This document shows positions 1 through 11,220 of a stretch of DNA of 58,519 bases, piece by piece. The DNA is from Caecitellus pseudoparvulus (Eukaryota; Protista; Bigyra: Bicosoecida): the NCBI GenBank assembly GCA_965644315.1, contig CBFFRQ010000208.1:1-58519 (forward strand), given 5' to 3'. Both the position numbers and the translations under genes were made by a program. The notes beneath the pieces were generated by a model. The model was not told the origin of the DNA. It ran no database searches and saw only the letters and a list, made by a program, of their open reading frames with translations. Positions within the stretch are counted from its first letter, which is position 1. Each line of letters opens with the position of its first letter.

Positions 1-220
1 GCTGCAGCACGTGCAGTCGAGGCAAGGCGGTGAGCTTTCCACTGCATTTTTAGCGGTTTCCTACCAAGTAGTGCTTCAAGAAACTAGTGCAGTTTCCAGT
101 TTTAAGTGATCATCGTGCGTCGGTGCACGTGCGCACGCAAAGGGCTGTTCAAGGCGGTGGCGCAAGTAGTAGGCGAGGGAGCTGGCCAGGAGGCAACCTG
201 TGGTGTCAGCCCTCGCGCTG

Positions 221-1756
221 ATGACAACACCCATGGGAGCGACGCCTGAGAAAGCAGAGGACTCCCAGTCAACAGAGCGCCCAGCTTTTGCCTTGCATTG
301 CTGCCTGCAGCCCCACTCTCTCTGTCGGGGCGTGCCGCGCAAGCTGCAGTGTTCGACGCCACCAAAACTTTGCGTCTCGGGCCGAGTATTACTGGTGCTG
401 CAACTACTCCTGGCCTTTGGCTCCTGGCATGCGTTTCGTAACTGGCCCAGTACCTTGCCGCGGTTGCATGCCTCCAGTGCCGGCCTTCGGGGAATCCCTG
501 AGTCGATAGGGTTTGCCTTCACCCCGACGACGCCTGGCGTGTACGCGTGGGACAGCCTTCCCCCGCCACTGAGATGCAGCTTGCAGACTGCAGTGCAGGG
601 GCACCCCGGACATGCCCCCTTAGTGTACACTGTGCAGTCATTTGCAGGGGGAGTGGGTGACCGCGTGCGCGGCCTGGCTGTGGGAGCCTACCTCGCCCTT
701 GTGACGCAGCGCCGGCTGGTGGTGGCCGCCGACGCGCTGCGCACGAGCATGACCAACCCACCACAGCACCAGCCCACTGTGACATCAGCGTGGGGCACGG
801 GGCCGTACATCGTCGCTCGCCCGGAGGCGTTGCCGGCCGGGGAAGGGGGCGGGCCAGGCAAGCTCAGGCCTTGCCTGGCTCATCCCGACATCATGCGCAC
901 GTTGCAGGCAGAGCAGGATGGAGGAGCGAGCAAGCACACCCCTCTGCACTTCAGCACTGGATGTATGCTTGATCGACGCTTGCTCACGGCCGAGCCGTGG
1001 CTGCCGCCCAGCAACGGAAGCTCAGCAGGTGACTGCAGCTGGCAGTGGGCTGCAGCTCAGTTGCTGAAGCACTGCGCACATGACCGCCAGTATGCGTGTG
1101 GGGCGGCCCTTCTGCACGCTGCATGGGGTAGTCAACGTGCAAGCACCAGCAACGTGCATTCTCTCGTAGCAGTGCAGAGCCTGTTCGCCGCGTGGCAGGG
1201 CAGTTTCGGGGAGTCAGAGTACGCTGCACTGCACATGCGGGCTGGCGGGGGCAGCTTGGACCTGCTGTCTTCACAAGGGGAGCCTGTGCAGGTGCCGGCT
1301 CTGCCATACTTCGACGGCTACGCCAACGGCCTGGCGAAAGCCTGGCTCGTTGCTCTGCGGGCAGCGGCGGCGGGGCTGGGCGACAGCGCTTGCCGTCACA
1401 AGCTTGCCATCGTCACCGACTCCATGCGCTTCCGGGCAGAGGCTGCCGGCGTGTTGTGGGACAAGGCCACAGTGCAGGCCTGCTGCCAGACCCCCCTGCA
1501 CGTCAGTCGCACAGCCGGACTGCGGCAGGCTGAGGTTGATGCGGAGCGGCAGGTGTTCATGGACTTGTTCTTCATGAGCCGTGCCCGAGTCCTCTTCACG
1601 ACGCAAGGCGGCTTTGGCATGCTGGGGGCCTCCTTCCTCAGCTGGAACCCCCCCCCGTCGCACAGCTGTGCTGAGGAGGCCTGTGTGAATGCCACGGCCT
1701 CGGCGCTGTTGGGGGAGCTGGGGTGTGACGGCGTGGGCGCAGCTGAGGGGGCCTGA
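221..1756 (+). CDS. Putative Golgi fucosyltransferase-like glycosyltransferase (GT-B, GDP-fucose-binding motifs)
   Basis: N-terminal TM segment (VLLVLQLLLAFGSW). Motifs GGVGDRVRG...LALVTQR, YAALHMRAG (HxRxG), IVTDS and DLFFMSRAR...GGFG are typical of alpha-1,2/1,6/O-fucosyltransferase families. First in-frame ATG is at 221. Confidence 0.7.
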   Translation: MTTPMGATPEKAEDSQSTERPAFALHCCLQPHSLCRGVPRKLQCSTPPKLCVSGRVLLVLQLLLAFGSWHAFRNWPSTLPRLHASSAGLRGIPESIGFAFTPTTPGVYAWDSLPPPLRCSLQTAVQGHPGHAPLVYTVQSFAGGVGDRVRGLAVGAYLALVTQRRLVVAADALRTSMTNPPQHQPTVTSAWGTGPYIVARPEALPAGEGGGPGKLRPCLAHPDIMRTLQAEQDGGASKHTPLHFSTGCMLDRRLLTAEPWLPPSNGSSAGDCSWQWAAAQLLKHCAHDRQYACGAALLHAAWGSQRASTSNVHSLVAVQSLFAAWQGSFGESEYAALHMRAGGGSLDLLSSQGEPVQVPALPYFDGYANGLAKAWLVALRAAAAGLGDSACRHKLAIVTDSMRFRAEAAGVLWDKATVQACCQTPLHVSRTAGLRQAEVDAERQVFMDLFFMSRARVLFTTQGGFGMLGASFLSWNPPPSHSCAEEACVNATASALLGELGCDGVGAAEGA

Positions 1757-1936
1757 GCCAAGCATCTCCCCGGTGCAGTGACAGTTGCAGTTTTGACACA
1801 CTTCAAATGCACGATTCCCCCTCCTGCTGTGGCTTCCCTCCCAGGGCTTGACGGTGACAGGCTCCACACTCTGCTGCACCCCGCAGGAAAGGGGTCTTGT
1901 CTGTGCCTTACCCGCCGACGGCCCCAGCTGTGCACC

Positions 1937-2487
1937 ATGGCGTTGGCCATTGTGCGATTCGCATCAGCTGCGTGAGTTCATGCTGCCATGTCGCTGTGCT
2001 GGCAAGCTTCCGCTGCTCACAGCGCCAGTGCCCTGCGGAATTCGCAGTGTGGTCAGCACTCCTTCACACGCGATGCCAGCGCTGCACATTGCTGCGTCGC
2101 TTGGGCGGCCAGTGGCCGACGAACAAATTCGCTTCAAGTACAAGGTGCGCCCACTGCAGCATCGATGTGTGGCTTGTGAGCCTGCTCTCGGTCATCTCCC
2201 CCTGCCTGGCTTTCGTTTCCAGCTCAAGACTCGCAAGGGCGCTGCCAAGCGCTTCAAAGTTACGCCTTCGGGGCACTTCAAGCACAGCCATGCCTTCCGA
2301 GGACACTTGATGTTGACCAAGGAACGCAAGCGCGTGAACGCGCTGGGAGAGACGAGCTACGTCCACAACACGAACGTGCGTGAAGCGCTTGCGCACTCTG
2401 CGCGGCGCCCGCTTGACGCCACGTCGTCCCTCTCCACAGCGAAAGGCCGTTGCACGTATGCTGGGTGTCTCAGCGACGCGGCGGTGA
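1937..2487 (+). CDS. MRPL35: Organellar (probably mitochondrial) ribosomal protein bL35, spliced
   Basis: Manual splicing with GT-AG introns 1972-2047, 2145-2222 and 2376-2439 gives MALAIVRFASAAVV...IRFKYKLKTRKGAAKRFKVTPSGHFKHSHAFRGHLMLTKERKRVNALGETSYVHNTNRKAVARMLGVSATRR*. KxKTxKGAAKRF is the L35 signature, preceded by a transit-peptide-like N-terminus. Confidence 0.85.
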
Positions 2488-2910
2488 CGTGTCTCACGGA
2501 GGCGTGGTGTGAAGGAGTGGCTGTGCTTGGCGGCGAAGCCGCGGGGTCATGCCAACCTAGTGTCCTCAAGGACAAGCCTCTGCTTGGCTGGCCGCAGTTC
2601 ACAAAGTGCAGCTGCTGTGGTTGGGTGTTTGAAGGGCAGGTGGTCTACCGCAGTGGCGTGCCCGGCACCGGGGCTCCCTGGCGAACTTGCCTCTGCATCC
2701 ATGGACCCTGCGCAATTCACAACCCGATCACGACAGCGCCAGTGCAGCGACGTATCTTTCATCAGACGCCTTCCTCCTGCAGCGTAGGTAGCCTGCATTA
2801 TCGCAGGCGACACAGCTGAGCGATAAGGCCATCAACAGGAGGCTGAGTGGCCAGCTGGAACGCCAGGCGCTCGGCAGCAAAGCTGTGCTCGGCAGCAGAG
2901 TGAATCAAGC

Positions 2911-4998
2911 ATGGGTTGCTCCAGCAGTAAGGCAACTGTGGTGGCTGGGAGTGAGCCTGGCCACCCGCAGGCCACTTCAGACGGTGCGTGCGGGGATTGG
3001 TGAGCGTTTCTGCCCGGCGTCGCAGCAACTGTTGTACCTGCACCAGCTGCTTGCACTGCGTGGTCTTCACGGCACCAGCAGCACCGTGCCATTCAGAACG
3101 CCTGCATGTGTGTCAGTGTGCTCGTTTGGTCGCTGTTCTCGCTTGCCCTTCTGCTGGCCTCGCACATCTCACGCCTGGTCCACCAACGCAGACACAACTG
3201 GCGGCTCGGTCGCCTCCTCCAAGCCCAAGCGCCACAGTGGCGCTCGTGTGACGTTTTCTGAGGGAACAGACGACAAATCACAGGAAAAGACGAGCACGAG
3301 TCCGCCAGGTGGCGCTGCAGGCTCGTCGCTGGCCGCTTCCATGGCCATGTCTGGGTCTGGCTCTCGCGCCCTGCACGAGGAGGAAGGCAAGGGGGAGGGC
3401 GGCAGCGGCAGCGGTGGGGGGGGCAAGTGGATCCCCGAAGCCTCCACGTCAGGGGAGGGCGAGCCCCGCAGACGGGATGACTGGCCGGCCCTGCGCACGA
3501 CGTCCAGTTTCGGGCGGGAGTACACCGTCGGCACGGTGCTGGGCAAGGGGTCGTTTGGGGAGGTGTTTGTGGCGACCAAGGTGGCGGATGGTGTCAAGTA
3601 CGCCGTCAAGAAGATCAAGCCCGCCAAGCGCAGCGGGGAAGGCATCGGCTTCGACAGCACATCCCTCGCCCACGACAGGGAGGCTGCCAACCGGGAAGCC
3701 GCCCTCATGAAGCGCGTGGCGGGGCACAGCAGCGTCATCTCCATCACAGACCACGTGCAAGACGACGCCTTCGTGTACATTGTCATGGAGCACTGCGCGG
3801 GAGGTGACCTCATGAAGTACATCCTCAACTGCCACAGGTTCGTGGGGACGCCCCTCGCGCCCAGCAGGCCGCTCCGCAGCACTCAGACGCCCCCCGCCCG
3901 CTGCGCAGTTTTTCAGAGCAGGTGGCGGCGTTTCTCTTTCGGCAGATGTTGCTGGGCGTGTCGCACTGTCACGAGCGTGGCGTGGCGCACCGAGACATCA
4001 AACCCGACAACTTTCTGTTCAAGGCCACTGAGGGCGAGGCAGTGCTGAAGTTGGCGGATTTTGGACTCAGCACGCGTGTGAATGGGCCAGACGACATCAT
4101 TACAGATGCCGTCGGCTCTGCCTTCTTCATCGCACCGGAGGTGTTCCGCCGGAAGTACACTCTGGCGTGCGATGCGTGGAGCCTGGGCGTGTTGCTGTAC
4201 CTCATGCTGTCGGGCACAGTGCCGTTCGGAAGCAAGGCGACCACGCCACAGGAAGTGCACCACAGCATCAAGCACGACGAACTGTCATTCTCCTCCCCCG
4301 CTTGGGCGCGTGTGTCCTCCCCCGCCCGGGAGCTCGTGGCTGGCCTGCTGGAGAAAACAGTGTGGAAGCGGTACACCCTGGCCCAGGCCCTGGCACACCC
4401 GTGGGTATCTGACCCCACCACAGCGCCTGCTGCGCCTCTGGACCGTTCTGTCATCGACTCCATGTACCGCTTCAACGCGCGCAACCGTCTGCGGCGTGAG
4501 GCGCTGAAGCTGGTGGCCAGCACACTATCCGCTGCCGATGTGCAGAAGCTGCGGCAGCAGTTCCTGGAAATGGACACTGACACGGACTTGAAGGTCAGCG
4601 TGGGGGAGCTACAGGCGGCGCTGAAGAAGATCGGCATGGCTGCGACAGCTGAGCAGGTGTCGGCCATGGTGGCACGCCTGGACACGGACTCTGACGGCGT
4701 CATTGACTTGGAGGAGTTCCTGGTGGCCACGACTGAGATGCAGATGCTGGCGCACCAGAACAGCGTCTACTGGGCCTTCAAGCAGTACGATGCCGACGGG
4801 GACGGGCAGATCACTGTGGATGAGCTGCGGGCAGCATTTGCGCGCCTGGGTGAGGGCACGGCTCGCGACGAGGAGGCGAAGCTGGAGGAGTACATTGCTG
4901 AGGCGGACCTGGACGGCGACGGCAAGGTGTCGTATGAGGAGTTCCTGGCCATGCTGGTCCCCGAAGACATCAAGTTCAGGTCCATCCAGTTCACGTGA
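2911..4998 (+). CDS. Calcium-dependent protein kinase (CDPK), spliced
   Basis: Kinase motifs LGKGSFGEV, YAVK, HRDIKPDN, DFG, APE and DAWSLG, then a junction region and four EF-hands (DTDTDLKVS, DTDSDGVID, DADGDGQIT, DLDGDGKVS). Intron 3838-3908 joins the two ORFs in frame. The putative start MGCSSSK at 2911 is an N-myristoylation/palmitoylation-type terminus; the 5' exon structure is uncertain. Confidence 0.92.
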
Positions 4999-5409
4999 GG
5001 CTGGCGCGAACCCAGGAGGGAGCACCCGCTCGCGCGCCTCCATGGCGCTGGGCCTGTGCTAAGAGGGTCACTTGCCACTGCCGTGCCACAATTCAAATCA
5101 GTGTGCTGGATTTGCGGTACCCCTACCCGCCCCCTCCAGTACAAGGCCGCCACTCCCCCTTGCGCAAGCCAGGCTGGGTTGAGGACAGCGGAGGCCACGT
5201 GACGCTCACTGCACCGCTGCGTCTGCGTCCTTTCTGCGCGGTGGCGCTGGCAACAAAAATCACAGTGTATACCCTCCAGTGCTAGCTGTATTACGTGCTC
5301 CCTGACAGAGCACGCGCAGTTCCTGTGAGCAACTGTCGCACGCCGTTGAGAGGCTTGCGGAATTTGGCGCTGTCCAACGGGCCACGCTGACCCCCTGCCA
5401 ACGCTCAGC

Positions 5410-6574
5410 ATGGCGAGCGGAAGGCTGTTCGGAAACGAGGGCTGGAATCCCACCGTCATTCTGGGGCGCATAGGAGCACTGCAGCTGGTGTTCTATACAT
5501 CGTACTACACCGCTCTGGTCATCCTGGCTATGTGCCTGGGCACTTCCCTGCACCCTGACTACATGCTGCGCGGTGACAGTGTCACTGTCCTGACATCGTT
5601 TGGCTGGGCTGGGGTCATTGCCTGGTTCGTTGCAGACATCGTTTGGTGCGTGCCCACCGCTGCGATGCAGGCCTTCGAGCGCTGCACACTGCGCCTCTCG
5701 CCCTTCACAGCGCACTGAGCATGCCGTACATTGTCGTGCGCGCCAAGCGGTGCTGGGATTATGCCGTGACAACGCTCTTCCTTCACCTCGTTGTGTCCTG
5801 CCTCTACGGTGGCTTCCCCACTGGCTGGACGTGGTGGCTCGTGTCCCTTGTGTCCTTTGTCGTCACCACTGCCCGTGCGTTGCTTGCGCTGCCCTCTCCT
5901 GCTGCTGGAGCTTGCCTCGGCGCGCCACATCCAGAGCTCCAACCGCCGCCCGCCTCACAGTTGGGGAGTACACATGCATGCGATTCGAAATGATGGACAT
6001 CGGGGTCGATGAGATGTTGGGCCGGGGTGCCAGCGGCGCTTCGGCGCCTCGTGCTCCTGAGCCCCCAAGTGCCTCCGCAAGGGGCACAGGCACAGGCAGG
6101 CCTGCGTATACCGCAAAGGATCGGGGGTCACCGAATTCTTCACACGGCGAGGCGGCAACCCTGTCAGCTTCCATGGAAGGCGTTCCTTTGCTGCGCGCCA
6201 GGTCAGCTGAGCGGACTCCCGCAACTCCTCCCTCCCGCATGGTGCTGGAGTCAGCTGGAAGGCTGGGCAGTCCCCAAAGCACCACGCACGAGGACGCGCC
6301 TCCCGGTGTTGTGGCTGAGCGATCCCTGTCCGAACCCAGCATTACGACGCACGAGCAGCACGCTGGGGCTGGCAGCCTGGGGTCAGCTCATGCGGACGAA
6401 CGGCACGTGTTGGCTTCACGGGAAATGTCGTTGCCGGTGGCCCCCAGCCCCATGTCCAAGGCTCTGGGTCTGTCTGCAAAGCTCGCGGCAGAGTCTGGTC
6501 GTTTCCCCCACACCCCTGGCAGTGTCGCCAGCGCTTCATCCTCCAGCAGGCAGCGCACGGTGGGGGCAGAGTGA
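5410..6574 (+). CDS. SYS1: SYS1 Golgi membrane trafficking protein with low-complexity C-terminal extension, spliced
   Basis: Three exons (introns about 5647-5710 and 5875-5960) give WNPTVILGRIGALQ, IVVRAKRCWDYAVTTLFLHL...FPTGWTWW and VGEYTCMRFEMMDI, matching SYS1 family motifs. Confidence 0.82.
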
Positions 6575-6575
6575 C

Positions 6576-9500
6576 TCACACCAGCTGCGCACAGGCTGTC
6601 ATGAACTCGTTGAAAGAGATTTCCCCATCTCCATCGGAGTCCATGAACTCCATGATTGCGAGCGCCTTGTGTTCCGGTACCCCCCCGTCGAAGAGCAGGC
6701 GCAGTGTTTCCTCAGGGCTGAGCAGACCGCTCTCATCCTCGTCTGCTTCGTGGAATGCGGCCCGCAAGTCAGCCAGCTGCCCCAGAAAGGACGTGTCGTC
6801 TTGCTCTGGCTCCTCCAAGTCGTCTGTTAGGTGAACTGCTCCATCCGGGCTCCCTGCGGCGGCAGCTGCAGCCAGCCTCTGCGTTACGCTGCTACTTCTG
6901 CCCGCCTCCTCCCTGACTGGAATGCCTGCGCGCCGAAGGGACAGCGCCGAGCTGCGTTGGCGCAGTGCGCGGGTGGTCGCTGCATCCAGGTAGCTCTCTG
7001 ACGTTTCATCCACGAGAGCCGTGGTGAGCTCCAATACCTCGATGAAAGCAGTGAGGAAGGGAACCCCCGCGAATGCAGGATCCTGCAGCAGCAGCATGGC
7101 CATGCGTGCCTGGGCTTCGAAGAACTCAAGGAGGGTCAGGACACGGTGGCTTGACGAAGCTGCTTGTTCGTCTTCGACGAGGCCCTTGGACCAGTTGAAG
7201 GCCACCTTTGCGTCGTGCTCCGAGACTTGAAGCCCCCCCCCTTCGGACCCCAGGATGCCGCTGAGCTCCAGCAGGTGGATCCAAGAAATCATGTCCATGC
7301 CATCGTATGCCTTGCTCGCGCAGTCAATGACAGGCGGGCACTGGAAACGACCGTACAACTTCTTGAGCAGTGGCAGGTACTGCTTGATGGTCAAGTCGAC
7401 CTCCTCCGTCCACAAGGTGGTCTCCCGGAAGCCTTCGTCCACGACCAGCCGATCGTAGCGGCAGGCAGGGCGAAGGTGCTGTGCCAGGCAGGCTTCCAGC
7501 GCCTCTGCACCCCTCGTCGTCCCCTTGAAGTCCGGAAACAGCAGCAGCGAAAGCCGAACCATTGCCTCGATAAACTCATGTCGGCACAAGGCCCTGTAAG
7601 GGTTGTTTTTCCCTGTCTCTGCTTTGATGTCGGATGCGATAAATACGCGGTCCGTGTCGGCGGGGGAGACGTCCGTCCGGCTCTCCGCGGCTGAGGAGCA
7701 AATAGCCCCATCTGCAACCAGCTGCCGCATGCCCCCCCATGAGACGTTGAAGAAATCCTTGGCTCCGCCCCTGCCCGCACCAGCCAAGCAGTAGAACTTG
7801 AACATGGACACGATCACAGCGTAGTTGGCTTCCACGACCGCCTTGACCGCCTCCACGGCTGCTTCGCTCTTCAGCAGTGCCTGCAGGCGGGAACCGATTG
7901 CGGAGAAGTCCGAGTTAACGCTTCGCTTGGTCAGCTCTGCAGCAGCCTGCGCAGCCCCCTTGAAGATGCTGTTGTCAACACTCCACTTGATGCGGGCCTT
8001 GTACCCGCCCACCAGGTCGTCCCCGCCTTGCCGTGGCAGAATTGCCCCACCCTCGTAACTAGCCAGGAGCGTGCCCGGTTTCTGGGGCAAGAAGCTCGAT
8101 ATCGGCTCTTGTCTTGTTCTGTCTTGAGCATGCTGCCTCGATGCCTGGGAAAGCTCCGACCTGCCAGCGCTGGAGCTGCCTGCAGTCCCCGCAGCAGGAG
8201 AAGCGAGGGGGGACGCGATGGAGCTGGCCAAAGCAACCATGGACACTCTTCGAGCCCGGGGTTGAGTTCGGGTGCTTCGCCTACGGTGCGGGGATTCTGA
8301 AAGGACAGCCAGCTTGCTCCTTGACCTGGACAACTTGCCCCACCCCGAGTCGGAGCGGTGGATCCTGCTGCGACTGGTTGACGCCTTCCCCTGACTTTCC
8401 ATGGCCGCCCACTGCCGCCTCATGGCGCCCTTTGCGTACTGGTGTCGCATGGTCATGACTTGGTGCGGGCCGGCTTCAGCGAGGGCGGAGGCCGCAGACA
8501 CCGATATGCTGCTGCCTGCCTGCCCTGCCGCGGCAGCTTTCCTGTGCGTTCTGACTGCGCGCTGCAGCTGGGACAGGGGGCTTTGCATCATGTTCAGGAA
8601 GTCCACTCCTGCTGGCAAGTACCCTTTTGACTGCGAGTCGCCTTGGCTGGACAGGTGCTCAAGGACCCGACTCACTGAGCTGCCTGCTGACCGATCGTAC
8701 TTGGACGCTGCAAGCACGACACTCATGTCCATGCCAGCTCGGAGCTTGCCATCGACAATGAAGCAGAAGAAGAAGGCCCGACTTGGCACCATGCGGTCCA
8801 GCGTAAATGTGGACCCAGTCTCTAACGGCTGCATGAGCTGGGGCACCCAGTTGTCAAAGGACGTCACGAGCATGACATGCTGTCTTGCCACTGGCCCAGA
8901 AACGGGGGCTTGGTACTTGAACGTGAAAGGGCGCCAACATCCACACGCCCAGCAGTGACACCTGGACTCCGCGATACCGGCGGAGATTTTGCCCAAAGCC
9001 CGCAGCATGGCCTCAGCCCGCACTGTCAGCCTGCCCTTGCAAGCCTTGATCAGCTCCTCCACATCCCCGCTACACCCCGTCTTGCTGCCCAGCAGGGTAT
9101 GATTCTCATTGGAATGCACAATAGCAAGCTCAGACGCCGAGAGCGAGTCATGGCCCATGCTTGCGGCGCATGCCTCAAACCAGCGTGTGATGGCCGGGTG
9201 CAGAGTGACCTTCCCGTCCATGATGAGGATTGGCCTGTGCTCCTGGGTCCGCGCCTCTTCTGCCAGCTTTTCCTCAAGAGGTTTACGCTGAGAGGAGTGG
9301 GCCGTGTGCTTCTTCCTACCAGCGGCAGCAGCACCCTCTCCGCCCCCTGCCGTTGCCGGTCTGGAATCGTCGCTTGCCTCAAGTCCGGGCACGGCAGAGG
9401 CACGCAGGAATGAGCGAAGGAGCAGGTCGGTCGCTTCACGATTGAGACTGTCACTGCTGGGGTGGTCGATGAACGCCGGAATGACGAAGCCACGCGCGTC

Positions 9501-10931
9501 AATGTTCAGCTCATTGCCACCCATGTGCAAGCCAGTCAGCGTGGTGTTCGCGCTGAGTGCTTGAGACAGGGCCAAGCCGTGTGACAGGCGCAAACCAGCG
9601 TGCCCTATGTTTAAGTGCTTCAGTGATTTTGCCCCTGCGAGAAAGTCAGCCAGGGTCAGAATGCCTACGTTGGAAGCAGAGGACGCGAGAGAGTTGTGGC
9701 TGAGATCCAGCGTCGCTACCTGAGTGTCAGCCAGCGCCCGAATCAACAACGCGGTGCCAGTGGGGCTAAAGGAGTTCCAGCCCACGTCGAGCTCCAGTTG
9801 GGCAGCCTTTCGTGCTGCTATGGCGGCGTTGTCCTCTGGGAGGGTACCTGCTGCGGTGCCATCGTCTGAGTCGGCGATGCCGACGGCGCTCACCGTGTGC
9901 ATGACGTCCGCGGAGGCGATGTGCCCAGCGCCGGCCGAGGCAGGAAGGCTGCGAAGCGCATCCAGCGAAGCCTCGGCAGCGGCGCGCCCAATGAGAAGGC
10001 TTGTAAGCTCCATGGAAACGCAGTCTGGAAGGGAGTTCCTTCTCAGCACCAGCCGTCGGAGGTGCTTGGAGCGCTGCAGCGCCCGCACGACTCGCGCCGA
10101 CCCTGCTGGCGAGAGGCTGCATGATTCCAGAGACAGACTGTGCAGGTGTTCTGCGCCTTTAAGTCCAGAGCACAAGTGCTTGATTGAGGGCGGGGACATC
10201 CGGCAGAAGCTCAAGTCCACTGCCAGAAGTGGCGTCCACGTGACTGCCCGCAGTGTCCCAACAAGGCCACTCCCCAACCGGCTCCCCCGAAGTGAGAGCT
10301 CCTCCAATTCTTCCATGCGCTCCAGTGCGGAGCTAAGAGATGGAGCCCTGTGATGGCCCAGGGATGCTCCGCCCACGGAGAACGCTGTCACGGCCTGCCT
10401 CACAACGCCAGCTGGCAGGGGAGGCAGGCCGCCTTGAACGCAGCTGTGCAGGTACGCCACCTTTGCTGATTTGGTCGAGTGTGAATCAGAAAACCCTGCG
10501 TAGCGTCGAATTTCATGGTACATGCTGTGAAACTGGCTCGCTCGCTTGTGTGGAGAGCCGTGGAGCCCGCGAGGCGTCTTGCCTGGCCGAACCAGCGTGC
10601 GCTGTTCAACCGACAAGACTTGATCCACGGATGCGTCATGGGGGGACGAGACCCCATGCAAGAAGTGCTTGTCATCCATTGGACCCGCCAAGGGCTTCTT
10701 TCCGCGTGGTCCCATTGCGTGCGTTGTCCTCGGCGTGGTGGGCTGAGGCAGTCCCTTCATGCGCGCGGCAGGCAAGGACGAAGCCACTGCAGCGATGCCT
10801 GCGACAGCATCCTCAAAGTCGCTGTCTTCCGAGTCATCAGACTTGCTGCTAGACTGTGCCGTGTCCTCCGTGATGATAGGGGGCGGGCGATACCCGGCAG
10901 CAGATTGCCGCCAACGTTCGGAGTCACTCAT
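6576..10931 (-). CDS. Large leucine-rich-repeat (RNI-like) protein with CBM48/AMPK-beta-like domain and C-terminal EF-hand pair
   Basis: LRRs (LEELSLRGSRL, LHSLSLESCSL, LKHLNIGHAGL, LTGLHMGGNEL); CWACGCW followed by VMLVTSFDNW...FFFCFIVDG; EF-hands DEDESGLLS and DSDGDGEISFNEF. Start placed at MSDSERW (10931) because the upstream ORF extension overlaps the MFS gene. Confidence 0.75.
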   Translation of the reverse strand: MSDSERWRQSAAGYRPPPIITEDTAQSSSKSDDSEDSDFEDAVAGIAAVASSLPAARMKGLPQPTTPRTTHAMGPRGKKPLAGPMDDKHFLHGVSSPHDASVDQVLSVEQRTLVRPGKTPRGLHGSPHKRASQFHSMYHEIRRYAGFSDSHSTKSAKVAYLHSCVQGGLPPLPAGVVRQAVTAFSVGGASLGHHRAPSLSSALERMEELEELSLRGSRLGSGLVGTLRAVTWTPLLAVDLSFCRMSPPSIKHLCSGLKGAEHLHSLSLESCSLSPAGSARVVRALQRSKHLRRLVLRRNSLPDCVSMELTSLLIGRAAAEASLDALRSLPASAGAGHIASADVMHTVSAVGIADSDDGTAAGTLPEDNAAIAARKAAQLELDVGWNSFSPTGTALLIRALADTQVATLDLSHNSLASSASNVGILTLADFLAGAKSLKHLNIGHAGLRLSHGLALSQALSANTTLTGLHMGGNELNIDARGFVIPAFIDHPSSDSLNREATDLLLRSFLRASAVPGLEASDDSRPATAGGGEGAAAAGRKKHTAHSSQRKPLEEKLAEEARTQEHRPILIMDGKVTLHPAITRWFEACAASMGHDSLSASELAIVHSNENHTLLGSKTGCSGDVEELIKACKGRLTVRAEAMLRALGKISAGIAESRCHCWACGCWRPFTFKYQAPVSGPVARQHVMLVTSFDNWVPQLMQPLETGSTFTLDRMVPSRAFFFCFIVDGKLRAGMDMSVVLAASKYDRSAGSSVSRVLEHLSSQGDSQSKGYLPAGVDFLNMMQSPLSQLQRAVRTHRKAAAAGQAGSSISVSAASALAEAGPHQVMTMRHQYAKGAMRRQWAAMESQGKASTSRSRIHRSDSGWGKLSRSRSKLAVLSESPHRRRSTRTQPRARRVSMVALASSIASPLASPAAGTAGSSSAGRSELSQASRQHAQDRTRQEPISSFLPQKPGTLLASYEGGAILPRQGGDDLVGGYKARIKWSVDNSIFKGAAQAAAELTKRSVNSDFSAIGSRLQALLKSEAAVEAVKAVVEANYAVIVSMFKFYCLAGAGRGGAKDFFNVSWGGMRQLVADGAICSSAAESRTDVSPADTDRVFIASDIKAETGKNNPYRALCRHEFIEAMVRLSLLLFPDFKGTTRGAEALEACLAQHLRPACRYDRLVVDEGFRETTLWTEEVDLTIKQYLPLLKKLYGRFQCPPVIDCASKAYDGMDMISWIHLLELSGILGSEGGGLQVSEHDAKVAFNWSKGLVEDEQAASSSHRVLTLLEFFEAQARMAMLLLQDPAFAGVPFLTAFIEVLELTTALVDETSESYLDAATTRALRQRSSALSLRRAGIPVREEAGRSSSVTQRLAAAAAAGSPDGAVHLTDDLEEPEQDDTSFLGQLADLRAAFHEADEDESGLLSPEETLRLLFDGGVPEHKALAIMEFMDSDGDGEISFNEFMTACAQLV

Positions 10932-11220
10932 GCGGAAATTGACACAAGGACAACAATGGTGCAGCACTTGAAAGCAAGCCTTCACGTGGGCCCATTGGAG
11001 AGTTCTATGGTTTGTGATTCCAAGTTGCTGCATCAGTTCACTGGCGGTTTGAATTCTTGATGCACCGAATGCACTGTGCTGTAATGTCTTGCCGCGCAGG
11101 GTAGTCGTCCTCCGAGAAGCAGGGCAGGACTTTGCCTCTTGACTGAGCTCACCAAGTGGGACCTGACCCAGCTGCTGGAAACGTGCTGCACGTTGGGAAT
11201 GCCGGGAGGGTGGTAGAGGC

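Noticed and set aside
1848-2819. 323-aa ORF as a single protein
   Set aside because: Read-through of introns around the short spliced L35 gene.
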